NCBI GenBank assembly: GCA_030704615.1 | Contig: CM060731.1 | Coordinates: 68,324,001 to 68,388,000, forward strand | Length of the DNA stretch: 64,000 nucleotides | Reading direction: 5' to 3' | Source of the DNA: Takakia lepidozioides | Taxonomy: Eukaryota; Plantae; Bryophyta | Shown: positions 11,400-25,039 of the stretch, piece by piece | How the letters are laid out: every line of letters begins with the position of its first letter | Position numbering within the stretch: position 1 is the stretch's first letter | Notes under the pieces: model-generated | Seen by the model: only the letters and a program-made list of their open reading frames with translations | The model's database searches: none | Told to the model about the DNA's origin: nothing | Made by a program: the position numbers and the translations under genes

Positions 11400-14300
11400 A
11401 GGGCGAGAAACAGTCATGGACTTTGATGATCTATGCAGTAATCCATGAGAATTGGAAGCACAGAACTAAACTGATTACTGATAGATGGAGGTTCTGGAGT
11501 AAATATCATGACAGACCAATTAAGAAGAGCTTGGTCTAAGAGAGTAACATGAAACCAGCCCCATTTACAGTAACAATGGCAGATCAACGGAAGTGTAAGG
11601 CAGCCATGGGATTAATAAGAGAGAGTTAAGATACAGATACAGAAGATGAACTTTATGATCACAGTAACTGTATTGAAGATGGATGAAGTCATGGAGGCTT
11701 ACTCCTTATTATTGGGACGTCGTGGCCCTGAACAAGGCCAGGGTTATTCCATGACTGGAATTCTCAGTACTAACTGTGCATAATGGGATACACAATATAC
11801 AAATTACCACAATAGAAGCTAGTAGATTACCTGCTACGAGAAGACATCGAGGAGTCAGAGAGTATACTGAAAGGAGGACTGGATGAGAGCAGGAGGCTAA
11901 CCCTATTTGCTGCACACCCAGAGGGGAGCAGATTGCAGAGATGCGGCTGAAGCCTAAGTTGTTTAAGAGGTATCTGCTGTGGGGTAGTGACAGCAACACC
12001 AACGAAGAGGAAACCAGCAGTACCCATCACATTTATATGAAGAAAGAGAAGGAGAAATGGAAATCCTAGAGGAACCAGCCACTAGTGAGCTTACAGGATG
12101 AAGTAGTGACGGGTTGGACAATCACAGCTGAGGAGCAGGTGAGGGAAGTGAATGTGGGAACTAAAGAGGAACCGAGGATGGTGAAGTTAGGAGCTGATTT
12201 GGAGCCGGAATTCTTTGAAGAAGCTAAAGCTTGCTTCCATCAAATACAGAGATGTATTTGCTTGGAGCTATGAGGATCTAAAAGGGATACCACCTGAAGT
12301 CTGTCAGCATAAGATATGAACTGGAACCAGGGTCAGTATCAATCAAGCAGGCGAGGTACAGAATGAATCCCAACTACGCCCACATAGGTTGGAGAAGAGA
12401 TTAAGAAGTTGGCTGAGGCTAGTTTATATACCCAATGAGTATACAACTTGTTGTCACCCATTGTTATAGTTCCCAAGAAGAATGGTAAACTAAGAGTATG
12501 TGTGAACTACAAGAAGCTGAATGCTTGTACGAAGAAAAGATCCTTTCCCTTTGCCATTCACAGAAGCAGTATTGGACACTGTGGCAGCCATGAGATGTAC
12601 TCATTCATGGATGGGTTCAGTGGTTATAATCAAGTGCAAGTGGCAGAAGAAAATCAAGGAAAGACAGCTTTCATCACAGACTGGGTGCTATGCATACAAA
12701 GTCATGCCCCTTTGGACTTTTGTAATGCACCAGCAACCTTTCAGAGAGTATAAGTGAATCTTTTCATGAGTATCTGGATGATTTCATGCAGGTGTTCTTG
12801 GATGATTTCAGTGTGTACAGCTCTAAGAATGAGCACTTGCATTAAATTGGAGTTATGTCTGGCCAGATGCAGGATGAGAGGTCTGGGCTTGAATCCAGAG
12901 AAGTGTACTTTGTGTGTGTAACTCAGGGGTGCTTCTGGGACCATTGTGTGTAAGAAGGGACTTGTGGATCCTGGAAGACAGAGGCCATTAAAGCCTCTCC
13001 ACCACCAGTGAATGTTAAGAGTTTAAGGAGAGATTCCTTGGGCAAACCAGTTATTACAGAAGATTTGTCAAAAGGTATACACAAATAGCAGCACCATTGA
13101 GCAAGCTTCTGAAGAAAGATGCAGTGTTTGCCTGGACAGCTGAATGTCAACAGGCGTTGAGGAACTTACACTGTCAGTAACAACTACACCTGTGCTGATT
13201 AACCCCAGTGGCATGTAGTATTTCATGTTCACTGCGATACATCAGGAGAAGCGTTGGGAGCGGTGTTAGCCCAGAATGTTACAGGAAATATAGATTCACC
13301 TGTGTACTATGCTAGCAGTTGATGAATAGTGCTGAAGGAACTATAGCACAATTGAAAGAGAAGCACTGGCAATGATTTATGCAGTCAAGAAATTCAGGCA
13401 TTACCTATTGGGAAGAAAGTTTATGTTTTATGTGGATCACCAGGCTCTGATATATCTGGTGAACAAACCTTTGATAAGTGAAGGATAGCGTGGGTTTAAT
13501 AATCTTGCATGAGTTTGAGTTCGAGGTTTTTACAAGCCTGGCCGTTTGCATCTTGTAGCAGATCATTTGTCACGACTAACAACAGGAGAGGCCGCCACAG
13601 GATGGACGATCAGTTACCTGATGCGAGTTCATTTATAATGGAGGTGCAAGGAAGTGCAGATAATGGTTAGATTGGCAGTGGCCAATCAGATTACTACTTA
13701 CTCATGGTTAAATGCCCACCTAGTTATGGTAAGGAGCAGAGGAAGAGATCGCTATCAAAGCTTACCCTTATACTATGGTAGGAAGCAGAATGTATAGCTA
13801 GGACCTGATGGATTACTAAAACGATGCTTGACCACCATGAAGTAAATAAGGTTTTGGAAGAAGTTCATAAAGGAGTGGCTGGAGGTCTTTTGGAGAAGAG
13901 ACTACCAGTAGGAAGATACCACTCGCAGGTTACTGGTGGCCTACTTTGTTCAAAGATGTACACGAGTATTGTCAGAGTTGTGATGAATGTCAGAGGCTAG
14001 GACCTTTGCAAGATCTAGAAGGATGGCCTTGCATCCTACAATGCCTACGGAACCATTTCAGAAATGGGGACTAGACTTTGTTGGACCGATTAACCCACCA
14101 GCCAAGAATACATGGAACAGGTACATAATTACAAGCCACTGATTATACTACGAAGTGGGTGGAAGCTAAAGCTTTGAGGGACAACACAGCTAAGTCCACA
14201 GCAAGTTCCTGTATGAGAACATACTTACACGATTTGGCTGTCCCTTAGAATTTATTCAGTGATCAGGGTGAAGTCACTTCATAAATGAGACCATTGAATT

Positions 14301-14927
14301 ATTGACTAAAGAATTCATGATTGTGCATAGAAAGAGTACAACACATTACCCACAGGGAATGGACAGACAGAGGCTACCAACAAAATACTATGTACTATTG
14401 GCTAAGATAGTCAATGCAAACAGAACGGATTGGGATACAAAGCTGCTGACAGCTTTGTGGTCATACAGGACTTCATATAAAGTCACCACTAAGTATACCA
14501 CACCATTCCAATTAGTTTATGTATGGAAGCTTTACCTAGTGGAATTCCTGTTACCTCCCAGAGAACGGAGTGGGGAAGAAGAATGGAATTGCAAGATTCC
14601 TTAAGGTCAGAAACATGAATTATACCATGTGGAAGAAGTACGTGCTGATGCAGCTGATAATATGACCAGGAATTCAGATGAAGAGGAAGGAACAGTTTGA
14701 CGAAAACAAGTTCAAAATTTTTAAGACGGGAGATTTGGTTCTATGGTTGCAGAAGAAGGGAAAAATTAAAGCTTCTAAGCTTAAATCACCATGGAAAAGA
14801 CCTTATGTCATACAAAAGATGTATGATACAACCCCGCCATGTTACAAACATTAACAAAGAAATGCTGGGAAGAGTCAATGCCAATAAGTTAAAGGGATAC
14901 AGTGGTATCCATGACAAACCATTGTAG
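11400..14927 (+). pseudogene. Element B pol: protease, RT, RNase H, integrase (many frameshifts)
   Basis: LIDGGSGVNI (~11478); KKNGKLRVCVNY, SFMDGFSGYNQ and FLDDF (~12795); RNase [19 protein letters not shown]; integrase WWPTLFKD..CQSCDECQ, KWGLDFVGP and SDQG. Confidence 0.92.
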
Positions 14928-15048
14928 CATGATTTGCATGTTGAAACGCAAGAGCAGTCACGGGCTGCGCCAGTGTTACCAACGGAGTATGGAGCACTTG
15001 TCGCTAGGCCAAGCAGCATATATGACCAAGGCGGGCAGAACAAGCGTG

Positions 15049-15270
15049 ACACAGCCTATCACAGCCTATCAAGGCAAAACACAGCCTATCACAACCCATC
15101 ACAATGTGACACAGCCTATCACAGCCCAGCACGGCGCAACACAGCCTATCACAACCTACACCCGCAAGCCTGTCACAAAACACCTATCACAACACACTTA
15201 CCACAGTGCATCACAGCCTATCACAGCATACCACAGTATGACACAGCCTGTCACAGCTCAACACAGCCTA
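15049..15270 (+). repeat. Internal ACAGCC(TATC)-based tandem array after the integrase of element B, same motif as in its LTR
   Basis: acacagcctatcacagcc... repeated. Confidence 0.85.
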
Positions 15271-15561
15271 CTAGGGTTACACGATCCATAGAAACAGTGA
15301 CAGGTGGGCGCACAATAACTTCAGGAAAATGGCTGACGGAAGAAAGACGAAACCAGTTTAAAAATAGACACGTGGAAGTCAGGGTGCGACACACAGCTGA
15401 GAAGGAAGTGCCAAGAACAGGTGTCATCAAGAAAAGAGACAAAGATGGCCTTCAGTACCTACTTAGCGCGTGTCAATTCGGATGAATGGCGGGCCCATTA
15501 ATGAATACGGAAAAAGGGGAACGGAACAAACAACAAGTACAGAAAGCGAAATTCTTGTCAC

Positions 15562-18500
15562 ATGTGTGATCCTAGTGGACAATCCAGCAGGGAAAGCCCA
15601 CTAAAGAAAATTAAATTTAAAATCCAGTCACAACGGTTACAGCCAATCGAAAACAAAAAAAAAGATCAAGAAATTAGAGGGAATTTAAGCGCAAGAGTCG
15701 GCGTCGTTCTAAGTAAACGGCGTCGTCTCGACGGGACAGACCATCAACGCTATAGCTTGAAACTATGGAGGAACTAACAGACTATACGCTCGCAATATTA
15801 CTACGCAGTGCATAGACACGAAAGAACAGAGCGGAGCTTTTCTCTTGATCGATGCTTGCAAGCTCCACAGGCTTACAAGAAATTATCCATAGCTTTTTGT
15901 GGCAACCATACGTTTATGCTTTGTGCACTACAGGCATTTCTTCAATTGTTACAGCCAAAACAGTTCTGTGGTCTAGAAGAAGAGAGTGAGAGGAATGGAG
16001 GAAATCGGGGTGAAGAGCACCACAATTCTGCAAAAACAAACAATTGCTACCCACACGCGATGTAGATACTGAAGGAGCTGAGATTGCAAGGATTGCAAAG
16101 CAAAGATTGGACATTGCACCATAAACAGTACATGTTACAATTTTTACAGAACTTTGAGCCAAGGACAGGAGCAACAACGGTGAAGGGAGTTGAATTAGTA
16201 ATTACTCCCCTATACCTACAGCAATTGTTTCGATTGCCAGCAGGGCAGGTGCATGTGGAGGAGCACAGGGCAAGACTGCAAATAGGGACTTATTCCAAGA
16301 AGGGAGTTTCTTTAAAACTCAGGGTTATGCTTGTACCAAGGCCGTGTACCCAGGGCTTAAGGAGGTAGGCCAGGTATTGAACGTTCTGTTTGCCATGAAA
16401 CAGAACCAACAGTATTTGAGCAGATCCTTCAAGAGGAAATACTCAAAGCCCTGAGGGAGAAGAGGTAGAATGGGCGGACATATGTACAACGCACTGGTAG
16501 AGGAGATGAAAAGATTACAGGTACTGCCGCAAAGTCTCCTATCATAGTGTCTGGCCCAATCATGCTCAAATAATTCTTGATTCTGGCATACTTGATGCGC
16601 AAGAAAGAAAGGAGATGGGAGTGTTTGAGCCAGAAACCACTGCAATGGAAGAGCAAGGCTCTTCACACAGTGAGGGTGGACTAGCAGGGCAGCCCGAGAT
16701 AAGAGGCAGACCAGACGGGGAAAGACTGTAGTGGCGGATCCACTGGCTTCACGGATTCCGCATGATAATTTTCCCAAGCTCATGTGTAGGAAGGGGCACA
16801 GCAGCACAGAGAACTGCTATTACTGGAAGCAGGACCTTTAGAGAGGGGAAGAGGAAGTTACTTCAGTATCACAGCCATCACAGCCAGATGAGCGGCTTGT
16901 CACAAGGTACAAGTTGTCCATGCAGCTCAACCAGAAATAATTGATTTGGAAAAAGAAGGGTTAGATATTCCAACTACAGAACAGATAGTGGCAGAAATTG
17001 AGAAGGGGGACCTTCTCTATGAATATTCTGGTCAGGTCAAGGAGACAGAGATTCCAGAGGTGCAACAGTTGCCCAGGAAAATCCTGAGGTGCATATAATA
17101 CACACACATGTGTCGGAGTGTACCACAGGTAGAATATCAGACACTGCAAGCAGCACCGTGAGGATGAAATGGTTCAGGAAGAAAATCCGGTGGACAATGG
17201 CCTGAGTGGTTCGTGAGACATCACACGGTTGAGGATCAGGAGGAGAACAGCAGCAAACCTCACCATGATGACCCTCAACAGGCAATGCTGATGAGTTCCA
17301 TAGGCAGGACACTTAATTTGTTGGGGACTTATGTCAAATCCCATGTTCCAACTACCCAATTAACAGCCTTGAGAGAGGAACTCAATAAGGAGTTTGAGGC
17401 TCGACTAGCCACTGAGTGTGCAAACAAGGTCGATGAGGAGGTCACTCTCAAGATGCAGCAAGACTTGGAGAATACAGAAGCGGCTTTGCAATTGGCCAAG
17501 GAACAATTTTGAGGCAGGCCTCGCGCAAGACCAGTTGCACGAAGCACATAAGCAACAGCTATACCAAATGCAGGTGCAGCATGAAGCAAGTTGCAAGAAG
17601 TGAATGCAAAACATACGGAGTTGCAGACAGTGCATGACAGGATGGCCATACAATGTGCTACACTCACAACTATGCTTGACCAAACTACAAAAGAAATAAA
17701 CAGTCAAGCAGAAAAAAATATGAAGGCAGAAGCAGAGAATGTTGAGCAAATGAAACTCATTGTCGACATGAAGAATACAATCTGTCGCCATGAGGATACT
17801 TTCAAGCAATACAGGCAGATTGAAGCTGATCAAGAGAAGCACATCGTGGAGTTGCAACAAACGATCATGGCCAATAGAAATGAAATCTCGGTCAATAACA
17901 AGGCTTGGAAGGAAGCCAATAATCTACTTGCTGCCTATGCGAATTTGGTTGAACCTCATGCGAAGCGCATGGAGGCTTTAATACAGCAATTGGATGTGTA
18001 CAAACTAAGAGAGGAACACACTCTCAGAGGAATCACAAGCAACTTGGTGGATAACCACCTTATGCAGGTCTAGTTAGCACAAGGGCCAGTGGAGGGCAAA
18101 GCACCACGAAAGCTCACCCAAAGCGAGATGAATGAGCTCAGATTGCAAGTGCAGAACATTGCCACAACTACTATAGACAATGTCTATAGTAGAATAGCGG
18201 AGTTACAGGAGGATGTAGATGGACTGCAGACTCAAGTGGAGGACCTCACTTCAAATATCGACAAAAGAGTCTATATCCCTCAGGAACAGCTAAGGGCTTC
18301 TTATTTGCAAGCCAGAACTTTGGTTTTTCAGTCTTCACAGGAGGTGCAGGAGATGCCAATGATGCAAGAGCCAGTACCACCAACACCACAACAAGTCACT
18401 GTACGAGTAGCTGAACCTGTTGTTACTACAACCACACCACAGCCACCACAACCGGAGGTATGGGGTAATGCTGCTTTTAACCCACCTAAAACTCCAGCTG

Positions 18501-19532
18501 CAAGAGAGTACAATAGGGCTATGATTATGCCCTTCAACCAAATTCCCATCATGTTGGATTTGGCTTGGAAAGAATTTAGTCCTCCACAGTCATTCGCACA
18601 TTACTACCAAATCATGCGTATTTGGCTGCCAGTGGCAACTAGGACTAAAGTTCTTCCGAACAATCGACATATTGAGGATCATCACTTTGCACAATACTGG
18701 CATGAAGCAAGTACAATGTTGAAGGAATTAATTGCCTTCCAAGTTGTACATGGATTCATTTATACCAAGACCAAGGAGGTAGCAAGTGTTGTCATGGGAT
18801 GCGGGTTATACTACGTTGCTTGTTTTCTGGTACGTTATCACATTGAGCAGCACAAGATGCAATCGCGCTTTCTGAGTTATTCCAATGGGGAAAATTGGGT
18901 CTTACCTTCAGTGCCACCTCATATGTACCTATATGAGGCAAAAGTTATGATGCAAAAGGATTCTCAAATTCGTTCATGGTTTCAAGCGGCCTGGAACAAT
19001 TTGTCAACACAGAAATTCGGCATTGATGATATTTTCTATAAATGACATGTGGCATGGAAATACTTGCACGGTGCACAAGTAATTGGTACCCCACTCACCT
19101 CACCTGGACAGACAAGGAGCTCAGTGTCTTCACCCAATTTTGCTGTTCAGCGTTTACAGCAAGTTTAAAATATAAACTTCCAGACATGGTAGGACAACAT
19201 TGTATGCCCCAGAGGATTCCACAAAAGTTCGACAATTAAAACACTTGAGAGCGATGAGGATTCTGATACAACTAACTGTTTCTTCAACGGATTCTTTTGA
19301 CATGGGAGAAGACTATGCAATTCAGATGGCAGAGAAGAAGCGACGGGGGTCTCCTATGCCTGAAAGGTTACCTCGATATCAGCCTCCAGAGGGCCTCACT
19401 TATCCGGGTAGTGTTCAAACATCTCCGTCAACCAGTGACAGACCTCGGGCTCGTACACACAGTCCGCCACAAAACTCTCAACAACGTCAGAAAGGTGCTC
19501 ACTCACAAGGGTTTGCTAATCGCAATCAGTAA
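15562..19532 (+). pseudogene. Long extra sense ORF 3' of pol in element B (putative plant-transposon-protein domain, coiled coil, unknown C-terminal domain), frameshifted
   Basis: Chain of same-strand ORFs: LQFLQNFEPRTGATTVKGVELVITPLYLQQLFRLP (16084-), heptad-rich 17213-18300, aromatic-rich 18500-19250; ends just before the PPT. Confidence 0.6.
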
Positions 19533-19553
19533 ACCGTGAGGACACGGCTTTTT

Positions 19554-19570
19554 GAGAGAGGAAGGGGTAA
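19554..19570 (+). other. Polypurine tract of element B
   Basis: GAGAGAGGAAGGGGTAA immediately before the 3' LTR. Confidence 0.85.
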
Positions 19571-20561
19571 TGTTAGAGGATTGTCTGGGACTTAGACACT
19601 TATACGGGATCTGTAGGGTACCCTTAATTTTTGCACAGATTGAGACCAACAGGAGCCTTAGAGGTGACAACAGCACACTTGAGAGGGGAGTTACACAGCC
19701 CGTCACAGCCGACACAGCCACACAGCCAGTAACACAGCCCCACACAGCCAACACACAGCCATCACAGCCAACACAGCCACACAGCCCGAAGCCCGACACC
19801 AGCCACACAACCAGTCCCAGCCAGTCACAGCCCAACACAGTCGCGCAGCCAGTCACAGCCCGTCACAGTTTCACACAGCTAGTCACAGCTTGACATAGCT
19901 GTCACAACCATAGGGAACGGATAGCAGGACAAGGAACGACTGAGGGGAACAACATCTACGAATGGAACATGTAGTTCAAGGGGGACGGTTAGTGAGGAAA
20001 ACGGTTAGAACAACGGGTAGGAAAATAAAGCGAGGAGCAAGGACAGGAAGGGGGGATTTTTCGGGAGAGGACGGGGCGAGGGAACTTGGGGGTGATGCAT
20101 GAGAGGGGATCGGGCGGAGAGCAAGAACGGAAGCAAAGATGGAGAGCACGGTGAAGGAGGAGAGATGATTAGTAGATGCTTGTGATATGCAAAGCTGTAG
20201 TGATATTGTAGAGCAGATTAGAGACACAATGGCTTCGGCCTGATACCTGATAAATCATAATCTGATACTTATACGATACAATCACACCGTGTAGAGAGAT
20301 CTGAGTGAAGCTGTGGAATGAATGGATGAGTTGATGGAATCCGATAGATTGATGAAGCAAACTGATACTTAATTATCAATAGCCAGGTAGCTAACATGAA
20401 TGCGGAAAGGAAAACAAATAGGAAACACCCCCATGATACACTAGCTGTAGGACATGACTGATTGTTCTGAGCGGGCTGAGTACTTAGAGATTTCCAACTC
20501 TTCTATCTTGGAGTTTCCGCCTCGGATAGCGAAGGGATGGGTGAGTAAAAGCCGCGCGACA
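19571..20561 (+). repeat. 3' LTR of element B (991 bp)
   Basis: TGTTAGAG...GCGCGACA followed by the TSD CCTGG. Confidence 0.97.
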
Positions 20562-21554
20562 CCTGGACAAGGAGCTGAGGAGAAGGGTGCATCTCTCCTA
20601 CAAGTAGCCCAACCCACCTTAACAAATGCGTTTTTGCTGGCAGAGCGGATAGAACAGCGGGTGATCATGGTGGGATTTGGCAAGGAGACACAACGAAGTG
20701 GAGTTCCTAGCCAACAACAACCAACTCCCCAACGTGCTCAAGGCAACAAGGGGGCTCAGATGAAGCCTAGGGAAGGCCATAGAGGATCTCAGATTCAGAG
20801 GTCTCTCCCTTCATTCTCAGGCCAGCAACAGACGAGTGTGTCATGTTGGGATAGTGGAGGACCCCATGTCAAGAAGGATTGCCCGGAGAGAGGCAAAGGG
20901 CCGGCACAGGCACAGTCTACACAATTACAGTGTGGGCATTGTGGAAAATATGGGCATGAGGAGGCCCATTGTTATGGCTTGCATCTTGAGCTACGGCCAG
21001 GCCAGTTCCAAGGAAACAATGGTGGCCAAGGACGAGGCAATGTAGTCCAGAGAGGTAGAGGAGGCAGAGATCGGGGTGGAGTTCATAACCAAAACGAAGG
21101 AGCACAGGGTCAGGGTCAAGGTCATGACCAAGGCATGGTGGATAGACTTGCCCAGCTAGAGCAACGTCTTGCTGCCATGGCCACTACTCATGTTGCACCA
21201 GCTCCAAGGCTTGAGGTTCAAGCCCGGCCACCTGCACAACCTCCTATGCCTAGGGAAGATCAAATTGGTATGGGCTTCATGTGTGGAGCCGCACTTGCAG
21301 GGCCATTGCATGTATTGGACTCTGCTGCTGCTGTCACTCGAGCAGCAACGCGTGCTCCTAAGCCAAGAGGAGCGGATGTGGATTTTGATCCACAAAGGGG
21401 GGAAACAAGTCATCAGACAAGGCTTCCACAGTCCTTTACATTGGCTGAGACAGTGCCACCTACGCCATCAATGACACCCATTCGCCCAAGTGTGTCAGAG
21501 GTAGAGCCACGAGTGACATTGGGAGAGTTGGTATGGCTCAGGAAATGCCAGTAG
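20562..21554 (+). pseudogene. Element A gag, C-terminal part with zinc knuckles
   Basis: CWDSGGPHVKKDC and CGHCGKYGHEEAHC knuckles; RGRGG-rich tail. Confidence 0.85.
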
Positions 21555-22660
21555 GTGGTATTGCAAAGCAAGGTGCAGCCAGTACATTGTTGGGGGCGAC
21601 TATGGCAATTTGCCAAACTCCATTGTTTTCTGCCACGACAATTACAATGCCGGGGATGCGGCCAGCTGCAGTGTTTAGACTGGCAGTTGCACTCTGTGAG
21701 AGTGGTGATGCATCGGTACTATCTGTGGGGATAGCGGATCAGGTACAGTGCATAGATGCCTTGGATTCAAGGGTGACGACAGCCACAGCTGCGCCATGGC
21801 AAGCGGCAGCTGCAAGGTTGCAGGAGTTGCCAGCTAGATTAGCCATTGAGCGTAGTATGGTAACTCCTGGGGTAGTCCTGGTGGACAATCAGGATGATGT
21901 GTTTCAGTTGGGTGGCCCAGCCGGGAGGAGGTATAGGCCACTGCGGGTCTTGTTGGACTCGGGAGCACAACCATTGATGTTGGGGAGAGTAGCAATTGCA
22001 AGCTTGAGCCTTACAGAGGCGGATTTGGAGCCTTGTCCTTTCCAAATTCAAACATCTTTGGGCGGTTCAGAGAAGGCACGATGGATTACATGCCATGAGC
22101 TCTTCATTCGATTGCAGCCAGATCATCTTACAGATGGCTCTGTCATGAGAGCTAAAGCCATTGTTACGGACGGGATGTCTTATGATGTGCTTGTTGGTGG
22201 GGCTGTGTTATACCCGATGGGCCTTACTTTGGACTTTTGGGAGGAAACGGCATCCTACAGGCCGGAATGGCAGTCAGGGGATGGTCGACGTGCACTGCTC
22301 CCAGTGCGGTTTATTGGGAATGTAGCGGTGGATCATAGGAACATGATGCCCACATTGGCTGCATTCTCAGGGGTGGTGGCTTGGGGTGGTGAGCTCTTGG
22401 AGGGCAATAGTCATGCAGATGATAGGCCACCACCTGATGAGAACAAACAATTGGCATACAAGGCTGATTTGCTTCCTCATGTGTCTATTCATATCCCATT
22501 GTGGGGTACAGTTGGGAATTTGCATCGAGTAGCGTGTGTGCACCAAGCATGGCAGGAGGCCTATCCATTGGTGAGTGAGGGGAGTTCAGTGATATCACCC
22601 GGACCTCCTCAGTTAGCTCCTTTGGACATAATGCCCATTACCTGGCAACCACTTGACTCA
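21533..22660 (+). pseudogene. Element A pol N-terminus with aspartic protease
   Basis: RVLLDSGAQPLML (~21950) and YDVLVGGAVL, the retropepsin motifs. Confidence 0.85.
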
Positions 22661-22663
22661 GGG

Positions 22664-23610
22664 ATTTGTTTGCTAGACATGTTTGGATGCATGAGCACTG
22701 GGCTTGCAAGAGTGTTGCAAGCAGGGATTGAAGTACGCAAGTACTTGTATGTGGAGAAGGATGAGATAGCTTGACATATTTCTATGCACCACATCGCCTT
22801 GCTCACACACCCGTATCCTGAGTTTTTGTCTCTCTCAGCAATTCAATGGTATCAAAAGGCCTTGCTAGCAGACATTAATTTGCTGGGGGCGGATGATTTG
22901 GACCGGCATGGTGCCATTGACTTGGTGATAGCTGGATGGCCTTGCCAATGACACTCTCCCGCAGGTCATGGGAATGGCTTGCATGATGCACGATTGCATT
23001 TGTTTTGGGAGATGTTGAGAGTGTTGCGTGACTTGCAGATGAGGCAAGTGCAACCTCTAGCCTATATCTTGGAGAATGTTCCTCTTATAGGGGACTTTCG
23101 GACCAGGGTTATAGCCAGTGTGCATCAGGTGCAGTCTTGGATTGGATCGGTGGTGCTATTGGATGCAGCAGTGGTGGGATCACAAGCGCATCGACCTCGA
23201 TTATGGTGGACCAATCTTGCACCACCTGAGCTGCTCAAGAGAGCATACGATTCCATGCAACGGCCACCCAATCTCAAAGTTGAGGGCATTTTGGACCAAG
23301 GGAGGCAACCACAGAGGGTGCGACATGATGACCGTCCACCTTTAGCAGTGGTAAATCGAGTGGGGCAGCCACGTGCAGCCTTGCCTACTCTCATGAGCTT
23401 TCCCTCGTCTCATGCTTTTTGAGACAATGGTCCTAGGTTGATTTGGGACAGTGTGCTACAGCAATTGGCGGAGCCCAATGCGGATGAGCAAGAGCTGGGC
23501 AATGGGATTTGCCACGGGCACTACAGCTGTGTCAGCTCTGTCAGAGGCATCACGACGCCAGGTGTTGGGTCAGGAAATGGATCTCAATTGCTTGACATGG
23601 GTCATTGGCT
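22664..23610 (+). pseudogene. DNMT3-like C5-cytosine DNA methyltransferase domain embedded in the pol of element A
   Basis: Ordered C5-MTase motifs in the protease frame: I ICLLDMFGCMSTG, II KYLYVEKD, IV IDLVIAGWPCQ (PCQ 22940-22948), VI YILENV (ENV 23072-23080), VIII SQAHRPRLWWTNL. IX/X follow after a frameshift (E..ELAMGF..G.T...RRQVLGQEMD). Three in-frame stops. Confidence 0.92.
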
Positions 23611-24146
23611 TGTGCATGGTTGAGCAACGGAGATTGCAAACATTGGTGGCTACTTCTGCACTTCCATTGGATATTGCACCATCTCTGCCAACCGGGACGG
23701 TGGAGGCAGTGAGTGGGGGCGAGCACAAGATCATTGGGTGCAAACACCCATGGCAGATATGGGATGAGATGCGCAAAGAAAGAGTCATTGGATCTCTCAA
23801 GCAGCAGTATGAGGAGTGAGGAGAGCCATACACTGAGGATCAGTTGGAGGCCAAGGTGGCCAATGTTTTTGAAGAGGTTGAGAGTGTTTCTTCCCCAGAG
23901 GATGTTCTCAAGGTGACTATGGCGGAGCAAGTGGAGGCTACGCCACGGTCAGGGTGGGCGGATAAAGCCCAAGAGGTTGCTATCTAGAAACCAAAGGATG
24001 CGTCTCCTACTTCCAAGCCTGGTGTACCCAAGGTTGTAGTCACTGAGGACAACTGGGAACCAGATGTTGGACCTACAGTCATTGGAGGAGAGAGACGGAG
24101 GATCCAGCGATTTCTAAGGGCTTATAGAAATTGCTTTGCCTTCGGT

Positions 24147-24846
24147 TTGAAGGATTTGGGGAGTTTGAAGGGCCAGGAGATTCGTATTGATTTGGCAAGT
24201 GACACGCCAATTTTTCGAAGGCCCTATAGGTATAGTGATATAGAGAGGTCTTTGATCCAGTCACAGGCTATGGAGTTGTTCGAAGCTAGATTGGTAGAGT
24301 TGTTAGTCGGGGAGTATGTCTTGGCAACGGTGATGCCAGCTAAGAAGGATATCTATGGCAATTGGACAGAAAGGAGGATGTGTGGGGACTACCGTCCTAT
24401 GAACCGTCAGACTAAGCCCGATAGATATGCCATGCCAACATCAGAGGAGATATTTGATGCCATTGGGCATGCAAAGGTGTGACAAGCAAAAGACGGCATT
24501 CTGGGGGATTGACCAACATGGGAAGGATTGCTTGTACCAATGGCGGTTCGTACCGTTTGGGTTGAAGAATGCTCCTACAGAGTTTCAGAGGGTCATGGAT
24601 AGGATTCTTGTGGGGCTAGAATTCGCCCGGTGCTACATTGATGACATCATCATCTTAAGTGCTACAATTGAGGAGCACGAGAGACACCTTCAGATGGTGT
24701 TTGAGCGCTTGAGAGCGCATGGGTTGAAATTGCACCCTGGGGAGTGCAAGTTCTTCCACAACCAGATTGAGTATCTGGGCCACATGATATACCTTCGAGG
24801 ATTGGGTATTCAAAAGACGAAGGTGGAGGCCATTGCATGCATTCCA
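24147..24846 (+). pseudogene. Element A reverse transcriptase (first part)
   Basis: RRMCGDYRPMN, PFGLKNAPTEFQR, CYIDDII (~24634); a short deletion at ~24480 removes the LDLxxGYHQ motif. Confidence 0.92.
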
Positions 24847-25039
24847 GGGATGCCTCGGCGTGAGCCTGGTCACGTGAGCGCAACTGCGCTCACGCCACGT
24901 CACCTTGCGCCAATGCCACGTCACGGGGCTCACTCCACGTCATCACACGTGAAGGCCGCGTCACCACGCGCCCAGAAAGAAGTGGAGTGTATTCCCGCGG
25001 ATTGGCAACCCTTTACCGCGGAAACAAGCTGGACGATAT

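Larger units (their letters stand above)
7421..20561 (+). mobile_element. Full-length Gypsy LTR retrotransposon B (non-chromoviral, Athila/Tat/Phygy-like), 13.1 kb
   Basis: TG...CA LTRs at 7421-8400 and 19571-20561; 5-bp TSD CCTGG (7416-7420 and 20562-20566); PBS, PPT and gag-PR-RT-RH-INT order. Confidence 0.97.

Noticed and set aside
14902-15485. Thr/His-rich repeat proteins
   Set aside because: They are translations of the ACAGCC array, which is open in several frames by composition alone.
20454-21554. 366-aa ORF as a standalone gene (likewise 8293..8757, 7027..7629 and 24427..25041)
   Set aside because: These ORFs are chimeras reading across LTR or insertion junctions; the shared MTDCSERAEY start is LTR sequence.
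22664-23610. Host DNMT3/DRM gene
   Set aside because: It is intronless, in frame with a retroviral-type protease and directly followed by RT, so it is part of pol.
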